Origin: an uncultured virus (IMG/VR IMGVR_UViG_3300033141_004958)
Lineage: Duplodnaviria > Heunggongvirae > Uroviricota > Caudoviricetes
Reading direction: 5' to 3' (one strand)
Length of the DNA: 20,000 bases
Virus record (IMG/VR): IMGVR_UViG_3300033141_004958
Shown: in pieces, positions 1 to 9,692 of the stretch
How the letters are laid out: every line of letters begins with the position of its first letter
Position numbering within the stretch: the stretch's first letter is position 1
Program-made: the position numbers and the translations under genes
The notes under the pieces: generated by a model
Told to the model about the DNA's origin: nothing
Seen by the model: the letters and a program-made list of their open reading frames with translations, nothing else
Databases searched by the model: none

Positions 1-3000
1 TCGGTTTCATATTGATATTCTGTATTATATGTTCTATTTACCAATTGACATCCAGCATATATTCGAGTTTTGCCTGCCGCCTGCATTTCCTTTACCCGCG
101 CTACAATTGTATATAGACGTCTATTCAATGATCCTGTAGAATCATTTCCAGCAACTCGACACCATATATAACCAGCCTCATGGTAAAGCGGATCTGGGTC
201 ATTGGTAAAATATGTTTGTGGAACTTCCGGTAGTACTTTTATAACCGAGTCTGGAATTCGTAGGGCATATGCTTCATAAACGGTATCATCTTTTGGATTT
301 TCAGAATCCGCCATAAATAATGTTGGCCAATCATTATCATCAATTTGCTCCAATGATTCCGGAGTAGTATATTCCGTTTGAATATATGAATGAAAATCTA
401 TACCGGTTTCATTTGCTATTTGTTTAAATGTATGCATCATTTGCCTAATTCTATGTGAATCAAACCAATGTGGCCATCCAGGCGATACAAAGGAAACATT
501 TGTATCATTGGCTAACTTGGTCATCGCGGTTCTTATTTGAGATATATTAGCACTATCACTATTATCAGGTTCAGCAGGAATTTGCCATAAACCATACGTA
601 ACTGTTATAGTATCTAGATATAATCCAAATGAATCACCAATGCTTATTGTACTATTTTCTGAAACTTTAGTAGCATTAAATTCAAAATCATCGAAAACCT
701 CTATAGTTTCCAACCAATTCTGTATTAAGTTAGTTGCTCCAACCGAAATAGAATCGGTCATGGAAATGCTTTCACCAAATATTAAATATACATTTTCAAA
801 GACCGATAGCGTTACGGTATCGTTTATTGAAATATCTTCGGTTCCTATATATTTGAATGTTGCCGTTAGGGATTCAGATAGATCGTCTTCATAAATTATA
901 TCTATAGGCTGAAAATTTTCGGTTCCAATCTTGAATGTACTTATATCTATCCTATGCCAATCGGTATAAGCTGGTTTAACGGAATCAACATAGCGATCAA
1001 GGATATCATGAATGTTTTGTATAGATGCGGTTTCGGTTAAATTAGAAGCATCTATTTCTGCTATAAATTTATTTGATTTTAATGGTGGAGTATGTCCATA
1101 GAAAATAAAATCATCTATGGAATATAATTTTTGTATTGTAGCCGAACTACCAACCGTTGTAATTCGGTTATCAATATATATTGTATTATTTACATCTATT
1201 AATGACGATGTTACAATATTTTCAGTAACATGATTATATTCTGAAGGAGAAAAGAAAGAAGTTATATCATATCCAAGTAAATCCCTATACAATGAATAAT
1301 ATGAATATATGTCATCATCATCTAATCCTGTATTAAAATTCCCACCATAATATCCCCATATATAATTATGTGTAGGTGATAGATTTGGCACCCTAACAAA
1401 GAATTTTTGTGAAGATTCTGTAGTTACCAAATATGGTAAATAACTATAACTACCTCGCTCTTTTACAAATCTAACATTTGTCCCATCTAAAAATTTGAAT
1501 GAATCTACATCTGACATATCAACATATACCAAACTATCATCTACTTCGGTTGATGGCATACCAATATCAAATTGCTGACAATATGCAAATAATCCATGGT
1601 TTAACCCATCATTGGTTGAATCGGTAGAAATTTCCCCCGATACCGAACTGGCAGGAGTATATAATGTTCCTTGAAGTAATATATCTTCTGGTAAATTACC
1701 ATGCCCTAATATCAAGGCCCCCTGGTATACATTATAGAAAGAACCATTTATTCTTTCAGTTATATATTTCGAATCCGCCATCATAATATTACTAAGATAT
1801 GTAGCATATTGGTAGTTGGTTTCTAGTAATGCACCAAGAGATGGCTTTATTGTAAATACATCAGATGATACTATGGTACCATCTACAATTAACGAACAGG
1901 TATAATTATTAAACGCATTACCTGACGTTGCAGATATGGTCGTAAGACGACCATTAAACCCAATTGTATGAACATCTAGATCTGACAACCCAACTGCTGA
2001 TGCTGATATAGATGGTGATTCTGTTAGAATATTGCTATACACTGGTAATTCAACTTTAAGTGCATCATCGCTTGGCCGATAGTATACACCTAATACCGAA
2101 CCAAAGCTATAGAGTTCTTGCCAATCGGCTATAGACACGTCATGAGATGATAATTGTAATTCATCTGAAAACATTAAATTAACATCATCAAATGTCGTTT
2201 CATATGATGTTAATGATTTATTCACCAAATCTACAGCTACATCATGTGACCATGCATCTCCTGTTATAAACGGGCTTGACGCGCTGGTAGACCCGCTAAT
2301 AGTCCATGTTTTTGTAGAAGTTCGATCTACAATTTTCTTATTGTAGTAGTCTGTTATATCCGGTAAATTAAATGGTTGTAACCGAACATTGTAAAATTCA
2401 TCCGAATATTTATAGCTATTAACAATGTCACCTTCAGTTAGTAGAAATCCTCGCGTAAGGCCATCATAATCATTTGCTATAAAGATAAAAGCATCTTCGA
2501 GCTGAAATACCTTTGTAGCACATATAGTAGGTGCTAATTTAATTTGTTCGGTTATATCTCCAGTATCCGCATCATATATGGTAACATGGGTTTCGTTGTC
2601 AATATTATGAAATATAAAGGCATAGTTACCAATATTACTGCTCTGGAAAATAGCTGATGGAGCAGAATCACCATATGCAGAATGCGTTGCCAGTAAATCA
2701 ATACTATCTACTATATTAGTACTCAAATATAATTCATATGGGTCTATATTTGAGCTTGATGTAGCATATGTTTTGGCGCATGCTGAAGAGCCCTTAGTAT
2801 ATAGGAATGTAGTTAAATCACCATGTTCCATTATACATTGAAGTGATTTATGTTCATATATTTCGGTAGGTGGATCAAATTCACTGGTGATTAGAACTTG
2901 ATAATTGCCTATACTTTTAAGAAAATGGATATTATCGGTTGCAATATCATTTCGATCTCCATATTCCCATCCGGAACCATCAGATGCTATATATATTTCA

Positions 3001-3506
3001 ACGGTATCTGTTATTTTTATGGTATCATCATTTTCGCTCTGGTAACCTCCAGAAACTTCTGTTTCCTTACTTGTAGATGTTAATACAAAATATGGAAGTC
3101 CCGTTGAGGATTCTATGAAAATACCATCGACTTGAACCCCACATGAGCTTAGATATTCATTATATTCCATATTTCCTTCTAAAGGACTATAGAATACAGG
3201 TGTTATTTCATTTTGTAGTCCATCTATAAATACTCTCAATTCCCCATCTACGGTCCGAGCAAAAATAACATTTTCGTAAATTTCAAATTCAGATATATTA
3301 GTAACACCCTTAAAATATTCGCTTCCCATATGAGAGGCATAGAGAGTATCATCAATTTGAACTATGATAGCATTATCAACGGTGTGCCTAATTTTTATGA
3401 TATCTACAGAGGTAGTTCCCGTCAATGTATGTAGTTCTGATAAGAACATAGATTCTTCAGTACTATGATAGGGTTTACCATATGTTTTGTTTAACTGGTT
3501 GGTCAT
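1..3506 (-). CDS. Large virion/baseplate-associated protein, 3'-truncated by the window (>1168 aa); beta-rich acidic S/T-rich body, DUF2341-like segment, gpI/gp7-like C-terminal 'VKPAYT' motif and short acidic repeats
   Basis: Not in the ORF track because it has no stop in the window. Manual translation from ATG 3506 (ATGA overlap with the upstream TGA, GGGA just upstream) gives MTNQLNKTYGKPYHSTEESMFLSELHTLTG... and stays open to position 1 (...QLVNRTYNTEYQYET). Contains DGTNVRFVKERGSYSYLPYLVTTESSQKFFVRVPNLSPTHNYIWGYYGG and HDILDRYVDSVKPAYTDW. Confidence 0.85.
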   Translation of the reverse strand, partial: MTNQLNKTYGKPYHSTEESMFLSELHTLTGTTSVDIIKIRHTVDNAIIVQIDDTLYASHMGSEYFKGVTNISEFEIYENVIFARTVDGELRVFIDGLQNEITPVFYSPLEGNMEYNEYLSSCGVQVDGIFIESSTGLPYFVLTSTSKETEVSGGYQSENDDTIKITDTVEIYIASDGSGWEYGDRNDIATDNIHFLKSIGNYQVLITSEFDPPTEIYEHKSLQCIMEHGDLTTFLYTKGSSACAKTYATSSSNIDPYELYLSTNIVDSIDLLATHSAYGDSAPSAIFQSSNIGNYAFIFHNIDNETHVTIYDADTGDITEQIKLAPTICATKVFQLEDAFIFIANDYDGLTRGFLLTEGDIVNSYKYSDEFYNVRLQPFNLPDITDYYNKKIVDRTSTKTWTISGSTSASSPFITGDAWSHDVAVDLVNKSLTSYETTFDDVNLMFSDELQLSSHDVSIADWQELYSFGSVLGVYYRPSDDALKVELPVYSNILTESPSISASAVGLSDLDVHTIGFNGRLTTISATSGNAFNNYTCSLIVDGTIVSSDVFTIKPSLGALLETNYQYATYLSNIMMADSKYITERINGSFYNVYQGALILGHGNLPEDILLQGTLYTPASSVSGEISTDSTNDGLNHGLFAYCQQFDIGMPSTEVDDSLVYVDMSDVDSFKFLDGTNVRFVKERGSYSYLPYLVTTESSQKFFVRVPNLSPTHNYIWGYYGGNFNTGLDDDDIYSYYSLYRDLLGYDITSFFSPSEYNHVTENIVTSSLIDVNNTIYIDNRITTVGSSATIQKLYSIDDFIFYGHTPPLKSNKFIAEIDASNLTETASIQNIHDILDRYVDSVKPAYTDWHRIDISTFKIGTENFQPIDIIYEDDLSESLTATFKYIGTEDISINDTVTLSVFENVYLIFGESISMTDSISVGATNLIQNWLETIEVFDDFEFNATKVSENSTISIGDSFGLYLDTITVTYGLWQIPAEPDNSDSANISQIRTAMTKLANDTNVSFVSPGWPHWFDSHRIRQMMHTFKQIANETGIDFHSYIQTEYTTPESLEQIDDNDWPTLFMADSENPKDDTVYEAYALRIPDSVIKVLPEVPQTYFTNDPDPLYHEAGYIWCRVAGNDSTGSLNRRLYTIVARVKEMQAAGKTRIYAGCQLVNRTYNTEYQYET

Positions 3507-5569
3507 ATAATAGTCCCATTTATAGCCACATCTGATATAGTAGTGCCCAGATCCCCGAAACTAAATCCAATTCGCAACGACGATATCTCAGGTAATGGTT
3601 CATTTAATATAGTGGAGTGTACATTGCGTTCATAATTCCATACATCGGCAAGAATTGGAGGTATGCCTAATAATATTCCTCTCGACGTTGATGATGTCGA
3701 TGTGCTATCATATACTATTATGGGCGTCCAACTACTCGAGTCGCTTTCGCGAATATATAGATAAAAAACACCTGATGCATATGATAGTTTAATATCGTAA
3801 GAGGTGCCGGCTACTATATGATTAATAATATTTGCACCTCCGAGAAAGCTTTTTGAGTTTTCGCTCGATTCTCTACTATATTTATATAATACGACATCAT
3901 ACCCTATTCGATTTGTTTCATATGATAGAAATGTTCCATTATAGTGCCACTCACCCATGCACTTATCAAATTTTGGTGCAGCGAGTGCAATACCAACTTT
4001 TGGATCACTTTCGTTATTAATAAATGAAAATGTCATTTCCATATATGCGGGAATTTCGAAGTCACTTATTAGAAATGCGGATTCGTCTGAACTTAGCGTA
4101 CCAAGATCAGAAACTACTATGGTGTTTGTATCGTCATCGGCCGATATTATCAAAGAAGAATTACGCTTGAGAATATATGCAGAAGTGGCACAAGACGTAC
4201 TATTTAGCTCATGTGTTGCTGTGAAAAAATTAAGGTCACTAACATCATATGTTTTACTAAGAGCATTGTTATAAGAAATTTCTGGTGCCCCATATCGTTC
4301 CGATATTTTGGACTTTACCGAATTCCTATAATCTGACTCAGTAAAGTAATTGGGTTCTGCGCGACCTTGTGGCCTTACTGATAAATACTTAACATTTACA
4401 ATGGCATCTTTAACTCTAAATCCATATGCACCACCAATATTATAGTAATCATAACGTCTATTAGTAGGAAATGCGGTTCCATCATAATGGAATTTCTCTA
4501 TATTAGTCCCAGTATCCACAACATTTAGGTCAGTGGTCATTGCAAGGGTAGTAATTCCTGCAACACTTAGCGATGACTGGACTATGGAACCTGCTATATT
4601 TATTGAAAGCTCCATTGGAATATCAGTAGGTATTTTTCCATCCATCACTACTTCATCGCCATCAGTTAAATAATCAATTATCGAATAATAATATTCATCA
4701 AAATTTGAATTGTAAGTAAATTTTCCTATTACCATTGCAAATCCAAACATACCAAGCCCAACAAAGTAATAATCATCTATATCATAAGTTGTGCTATCCG
4801 TTCGTTTATTGCCCCTAAATATAAATGCAAAATTCTTAGTGTTTGAACTAGAATCTATATCTAATTGAATTAAGCACTCTGCATCATTAAACGAATTGCC
4901 TACTTCTGATGGCCGTTGGGCTACCACTAAAATAGTATCGGGCGCGGATATAACTAATTTATTGTCATCATCATCCACATATATATTACCGGAATCATTG
5001 GGATTATATTCCACGGTTTCTGGTGTTCTAACATATTGGTTAAGTTGAGATACCGAATGGACGAGTGAAGTGTCAAAAATATCTATTAGGGCATCTCTTT
5101 CCTCAAATCCCCATGAATCAGTCCAGAGGTCTTTAACATTAGACGTAAAATTGAAATTCTTAAATGCTCGATTTATAGATCCGGGTGTTCCTTTAATTCG
5201 AAATTGGTGTGCCAAGCCAAAAACATATGCTTTTAGTTGCTGTTTTTCAGCGTTGCTGGCTATACCCCGTGATATTCGTTCAAAAATATTATAATCATCA
5301 TATTGGTCATATGCCAACCCGGATTGTCCAAATCCTATTTTTTGGGCTGCACGATATGAACCACCGAACGTTCTAATTACATATGGAATTAAATCTATAG
5401 AATCATCATCAAGAGCAAAAGTTTCTGTCACTTTGCCTGTATTAGAATATAAATCATATAGGAAGTCTGCTATCGCCTCTAAAATCTGAGTAGCTTCCAA
5501 TGTTTGGTATTCACTAATTGGGGGTGCTATATCTTTAACCCAACTCTTAAATTGTTCCCGAGTTATCAT
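3503..5569 (-). CDS. Baseplate wedge protein, T4 gp7 / P2 gpI-like N-terminal domain followed by two ConA/lectin-like beta-sandwich domains (~688 aa)
   Basis: N-terminal helical region with LAHQFRIKGTPGSINRAF (KGTxxS motif of gp7/gpI-type proteins). Start moved from the track's 5602 (inside the portal gene) to ATG 5569, which follows AGGTGG and lies just after the portal stop. Confidence 0.65.
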   Translation of the reverse strand: MITREQFKSWVKDIAPPISEYQTLEATQILEAIADFLYDLYSNTGKVTETFALDDDSIDLIPYVIRTFGGSYRAAQKIGFGQSGLAYDQYDDYNIFERISRGIASNAEKQQLKAYVFGLAHQFRIKGTPGSINRAFKNFNFTSNVKDLWTDSWGFEERDALIDIFDTSLVHSVSQLNQYVRTPETVEYNPNDSGNIYVDDDDNKLVISAPDTILVVAQRPSEVGNSFNDAECLIQLDIDSSSNTKNFAFIFRGNKRTDSTTYDIDDYYFVGLGMFGFAMVIGKFTYNSNFDEYYYSIIDYLTDGDEVVMDGKIPTDIPMELSINIAGSIVQSSLSVAGITTLAMTTDLNVVDTGTNIEKFHYDGTAFPTNRRYDYYNIGGAYGFRVKDAIVNVKYLSVRPQGRAEPNYFTESDYRNSVKSKISERYGAPEISYNNALSKTYDVSDLNFFTATHELNSTSCATSAYILKRNSSLIISADDDTNTIVVSDLGTLSSDESAFLISDFEIPAYMEMTFSFINNESDPKVGIALAAPKFDKCMGEWHYNGTFLSYETNRIGYDVVLYKYSRESSENSKSFLGGANIINHIVAGTSYDIKLSYASGVFYLYIRESDSSSWTPIIVYDSTSTSSTSRGILLGIPPILADVWNYERNVHSTILNEPLPEISSLRIGFSFGDLGTTISDVAINGTII

Positions 5570-5573
5570 TCCA

Positions 5574-7136
5574 TTACCACCTTCTACCCGAAGAACCCGC
5601 ATTCCCCTCTTCAGCTTTGGCTTGTTTCACTCGTTCTTTCTCTTGTTCTAGAAGTCTATTATTTTCGGCCAATTCTTCTTGGGTAAGTCCCATAAAATGC
5701 TTAAGAGCAAATTCTTGTGAAATTGGGCCCTGCTCATTATCTGCCGTATATATTATTCTATCGGCCGATGAGTATGTATCTAACCGCGCGTTATTAATCT
5801 CTATTTGTTTAAGCAGGTGGATCTCATTATTATATTTTAGCCGCAGCCTTATTGCCCCGTTATCAGCTTCTTCCTGCGTAATAATTTCTTGTAGTACTAA
5901 ATGATCTAAGAAAACTTTATTAATTAGACGAGTGAACTTCTCAGATTCGCGACTAACCATTCTCGCAAAATTTATTTCCTGTTGTTCAATACTTCCAGCC
6001 AATCTAACTTCATGTTGATAATCTGGTTCCAGCCGAGATACTGGTACTCGAAGCGCTCGATATAATTTTCTAAGGAAATACATTACATCTTCAACTTCTC
6101 CAAGATTCTCACCACCGCTAAGCGTATCGACTTCTGTACCACCTCTCGAGGTTTTGGCAAAATAGAAATCTTCAGTCATTGCCATTGCATCGGGACTCGT
6201 TTCTACAGTTCCAGTCTGAGGATTGTAATATAATCTATTTCTATACCGACGCATTAAATCATTTAGATATGCTTCCGCGCGATTTGGTGGTAACATGCCC
6301 GTATCGATATTAAATATTCTACGCTCCGGCGCTCGCGCAATTCGGTATATTATGAGACTGTCTTCAAGCTGCTTTAATTGATAGAAAATTCGCTTCGCGC
6401 GCTCTAGATAACTAACAACTACTTTAGCATATGTCGTAGCCGTTAATCCACGCATCCTGGTTCTTACTTGAATTAATTTATATCGGTCTGATGATGTATA
6501 AGAAATTTCATCTAAACTGAGTTGTTCTTGTATCGTTTGTAGCCCCGGAGACATAATATATATACATTCCAATGGCCCTATACCATTTTCAAAAACAGGA
6601 AGCATCAATTCATTATGTATTTTTTCTACCGAAGTTATACCTTTATCCGATCCGGAAGTTATCCGATTAATTCTATAAGCAATCTCACCGTAAATTAGAA
6701 ATTCTCTAAATATATCCCATGCATATTCTTGTAACTTAAACATTGTTACTATTTCGCGTCGCGCTTGATCAATTATTTTCCGAGTGCTTTTATTTGGAGT
6801 ATAAAATGGAGCATAGACTATTTCTGTAATCTCACCATCTGGACCAGGACATATAGCTTCATCGCATATTGCATCTATGGCACTTCCAATTTCTGGAAAC
6901 ATTGACATCTCATGATATAGTGATAGTCGCTGGCTCTTACTATTTTCCAGGGTATCGATAAATACGCCACGTGAATTAAATCCACCAATATTCCAATTTG
7001 GCGCAAGAATACCACCAGTCGCCACAGCAGCCGGCCCGGATTCAACAATAATATCTCCACTGCTGCTATCTTCTGAGGTATTTTTCGCCGCAGAGTGAAT
7101 AGCATTAACAAGACGTATTTTTTTATTTTGCGTCAT
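5574..7136 (-). CDS. gp20: T4-like portal vertex protein
   Basis: Hallmark motifs AIDAICDEAI, SYLERAKRIFYQLKQLEDSLIIYRIARAPERRIFNIDTG, EDFYF, GTEVDTLSGGENLGEVEDVMYFLRKLYRALRVPVSRL; 520 aa; SD AGGGAG upstream. Confidence 0.97.
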   Translation of the reverse strand: MTQNKKIRLVNAIHSAAKNTSEDSSSGDIIVESGPAAVATGGILAPNWNIGGFNSRGVFIDTLENSKSQRLSLYHEMSMFPEIGSAIDAICDEAICPGPDGEITEIVYAPFYTPNKSTRKIIDQARREIVTMFKLQEYAWDIFREFLIYGEIAYRINRITSGSDKGITSVEKIHNELMLPVFENGIGPLECIYIMSPGLQTIQEQLSLDEISYTSSDRYKLIQVRTRMRGLTATTYAKVVVSYLERAKRIFYQLKQLEDSLIIYRIARAPERRIFNIDTGMLPPNRAEAYLNDLMRRYRNRLYYNPQTGTVETSPDAMAMTEDFYFAKTSRGGTEVDTLSGGENLGEVEDVMYFLRKLYRALRVPVSRLEPDYQHEVRLAGSIEQQEINFARMVSRESEKFTRLINKVFLDHLVLQEIITQEEADNGAIRLRLKYNNEIHLLKQIEINNARLDTYSSADRIIYTADNEQGPISQEFALKHFMGLTQEELAENNRLLEQEKERVKQAKAEEGNAGSSGRRW

Positions 7137-7148
7137 TTTTACTCCCTA

Positions 7149-9689
7149 TCAAATTTCTTCTTCCTCAAAATAAACATCTCTTAGTATTGGAAATTCGTTA
7201 AATTCCAATATTATATCGAGTGGCATGCTCCAAACACGCTTAGTTGTTCCCGTTAGTGGATCTTTGATTACCTCATAATCAAATAATGGTTGATGTTTCT
7301 TTATCAATCCTTTATGCTCTAATTCAGCGATTTTGCGTTCTTGTAAAGCAGCCAAATCTTCACTTCCGGTATAGTCTCCTACCTTAATATCAATGTCATA
7401 CTCCGACGCTGTATAAATATCTGACGCATCTCCTTTTATCAACATAAGTTCAACGGAAGATGTACCACTAACTTCGCATTCATCTAAAACTTCTGGATAG
7501 CGTATTGCTTGTCCTATACTAATATTATCTCTTCTAAAATATATTTGTAGTGCATTTCTAATAGCCGCTTCAATCGTCGATTTTAATTTTACATTATTTG
7601 TATCGATAACATATCTAACCAATACATCCAGATATACTGGTGTTGCCGATTCTATAATGTAAGAAGTTGTTAGCAATTTTGTATATTCATCTGATAGTGC
7701 ATCTCTGATTAATGACTTTTGATAATTCGATATTGATGTTCCTATCATCGGTACTACGTAAATCCATACTGAATTAAAGAATTCTTGAACATAGTTTTGT
7801 GACGTTATTAAGCCTAATTTGGTAAGATCCGTATAATTAACAACTTTAACATCCGCTACAAATGATGAAAACTTTTGTTTTATATATGCCTCATGGTCGC
7901 TTTTGCTAACAATGCGTTTTTGCGTTGCATACATCGCCGGCGCATTTACTCTAATCTCATCAACTGTTTCAGGATCTCTACCACCAGAGGCTGCCGATTT
8001 CTGGTTTAAGGTATATTCGACATCGGCACCACTATTATCTGTTATATTATTTGTTGTATCTCCAGTAGAAATGAACGCAGAAAATTGAAGGGCTTGTAAG
8101 TCACTGCCCAATGTAGATGGTATTATAGTATCGCCTATAGAATCCGCGGGAATATTACCTTCTTCCCCATCACATTGGATGCCTAATATCAATATTTTTG
8201 AACCTGATGGATCTAGCCCATAATCATTTTGCCCAAATCTAATCTCTATCCGTTGGTCTTGATTAACCCGAACGAAAAATACTTTGGATGTAGATGTAAT
8301 ATTAGCAGTATATTCATCGCTTGCTCGTTCCCATTCTTCTATGCCATCATCGGTTTCTACAAATACCCGAATAGAATTCGTAGATATCTTTTCAGTGCCT
8401 ACCGTATATGTATTTGTGGTACTGTCATATGATAAATTCATATAGTTAGTAGCACTATTTGGATTCATATCAGCCTTGGCAATTAAACTATATGTAGGGA
8501 TGCCTTGTTGTAAATCTGATATTTTTACGCTTTCCGATAAATGTTGCCATGATAAATTTGCATTAAATAATGACCATGTAATATTTCCAGAAGAATCGAT
8601 AACCGAACTATCTAATGTTGCAATGGTCACTTGGTTTGCCGTTGGTGAAGATTCGGTTACCAACAATTGCGCATCAACCACTGAGCTTGGTGGACTACTT
8701 ACCGATAAAATGATATTGAGATCGCCGGTCACATCCGCAAAATGTCCATCTGAAAATACCGATGAGCTAATAGTAGCACCATCGCTAAAAGAATATATGA
8801 GACCATCAATCAACACCCTATATGTTTTGCCATCATCTACCGTCAATGTAATTTGATTTGTCTCCGAATCCGTTCGTGCTAACGTTACATGTGAAAGACC
8901 GATTTGGCCAACGCGACCCAAATAAAATTTTTGATAAGCATTATTCTGGGTTATAGTTATACTGTCCGTTGAACTACTATATGTAAATTGTGCAATCTCA
9001 TTTGCATCTCCCGTAGGAGAATCAATCGTTATAGCAGCAGGCGAACTACTAAAAAACAATCCATAAGTAGTTCCATCAACCAAGCTCGATGCATCCACTG
9101 TCAAATTATTTGTTACCGTAGTTTCGGGTTGATAATTGGAATCTAGCGCTGTAAATGGGTTTTTATCGGAGCAATAAATTGTTATGGCACCATTTGCATA
9201 AGTAATTTCCGAATCTTCTATGGGATGGATTCCATATCCCTTAACAGTGTATATAAAATCATCAACATTAGTAAACATGATAGTTTTTCCATCGGATGTC
9301 GCTTTAGTAGTTGGAAACTTAGAATAACTTGGAATTTCAAAATATAACCCTTCACTTCCAAAAACATACTCCGGCGCTAATTCTAAAATAACATCTACTA
9401 AAGCAACATCATATCCAGCTGGCGCATACCCCAACATCTTTGCTATTTTATTTGCATTTTTATATAGACGAGTGGCAGGCAAAAATGATTCATTAGCTGT
9501 TGCGTTTATATAGAATCCCAATATCGAACCAATATATGCCACCATCTCTGCTAATGTTGTAATATTACTCGAGTCAAAATCAATATCAACAAACGTATCT
9601 TTACTCTTAATATAATCCTTAACAGCTTCGGTAAGCTCATCAAAATCATATGATGTATAGTCTATAATTTTCGCAGGCGTCTTAGCCAT
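7149..9689 (-). CDS. gp6: Baseplate wedge subunit gp6 (baseplate J-like) with a large internal insertion
   Basis: DYTSYDFDELTEAVKDYI, DFDSSN, ANESFLPATR, AKMLGY, IRFGQNDYG, GGRDPETVDEIRVNAPAMYATQKRIVSKSD; 846 aa; directly follows gp25. Confidence 0.93.
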   Translation of the reverse strand: MAKTPAKIIDYTSYDFDELTEAVKDYIKSKDTFVDIDFDSSNITTLAEMVAYIGSILGFYINATANESFLPATRLYKNANKIAKMLGYAPAGYDVALVDVILELAPEYVFGSEGLYFEIPSYSKFPTTKATSDGKTIMFTNVDDFIYTVKGYGIHPIEDSEITYANGAITIYCSDKNPFTALDSNYQPETTVTNNLTVDASSLVDGTTYGLFFSSSPAAITIDSPTGDANEIAQFTYSSSTDSITITQNNAYQKFYLGRVGQIGLSHVTLARTDSETNQITLTVDDGKTYRVLIDGLIYSFSDGATISSSVFSDGHFADVTGDLNIILSVSSPPSSVVDAQLLVTESSPTANQVTIATLDSSVIDSSGNITWSLFNANLSWQHLSESVKISDLQQGIPTYSLIAKADMNPNSATNYMNLSYDSTTNTYTVGTEKISTNSIRVFVETDDGIEEWERASDEYTANITSTSKVFFVRVNQDQRIEIRFGQNDYGLDPSGSKILILGIQCDGEEGNIPADSIGDTIIPSTLGSDLQALQFSAFISTGDTTNNITDNSGADVEYTLNQKSAASGGRDPETVDEIRVNAPAMYATQKRIVSKSDHEAYIKQKFSSFVADVKVVNYTDLTKLGLITSQNYVQEFFNSVWIYVVPMIGTSISNYQKSLIRDALSDEYTKLLTTSYIIESATPVYLDVLVRYVIDTNNVKLKSTIEAAIRNALQIYFRRDNISIGQAIRYPEVLDECEVSGTSSVELMLIKGDASDIYTASEYDIDIKVGDYTGSEDLAALQERKIAELEHKGLIKKHQPLFDYEVIKDPLTGTTKRVWSMPLDIILEFNEFPILRDVYFEEEEI

Positions 9690-9692
9690 ATC

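Noticed and set aside
1..3502. Apparent 3.5-kb ORF-free region (possible non-coding DNA or stop-codon recoding)
   Set aside because: Manual translation shows one uninterrupted minus-strand frame from 3506 to the window edge in the standard code. TAA, TAG and TGA all end genes in this window, so there is no sign of reassignment.
3503..3562. Programmed -1 frameshift joining the gp7-like ORF to the giant ORF
   Set aside because: The -1 frame is open for only ~18 codons before ATG 3506 and has no X XXY YYZ heptamer. An ATGA overlap with a GGGA SD-like element is explained by ordinary translational coupling.
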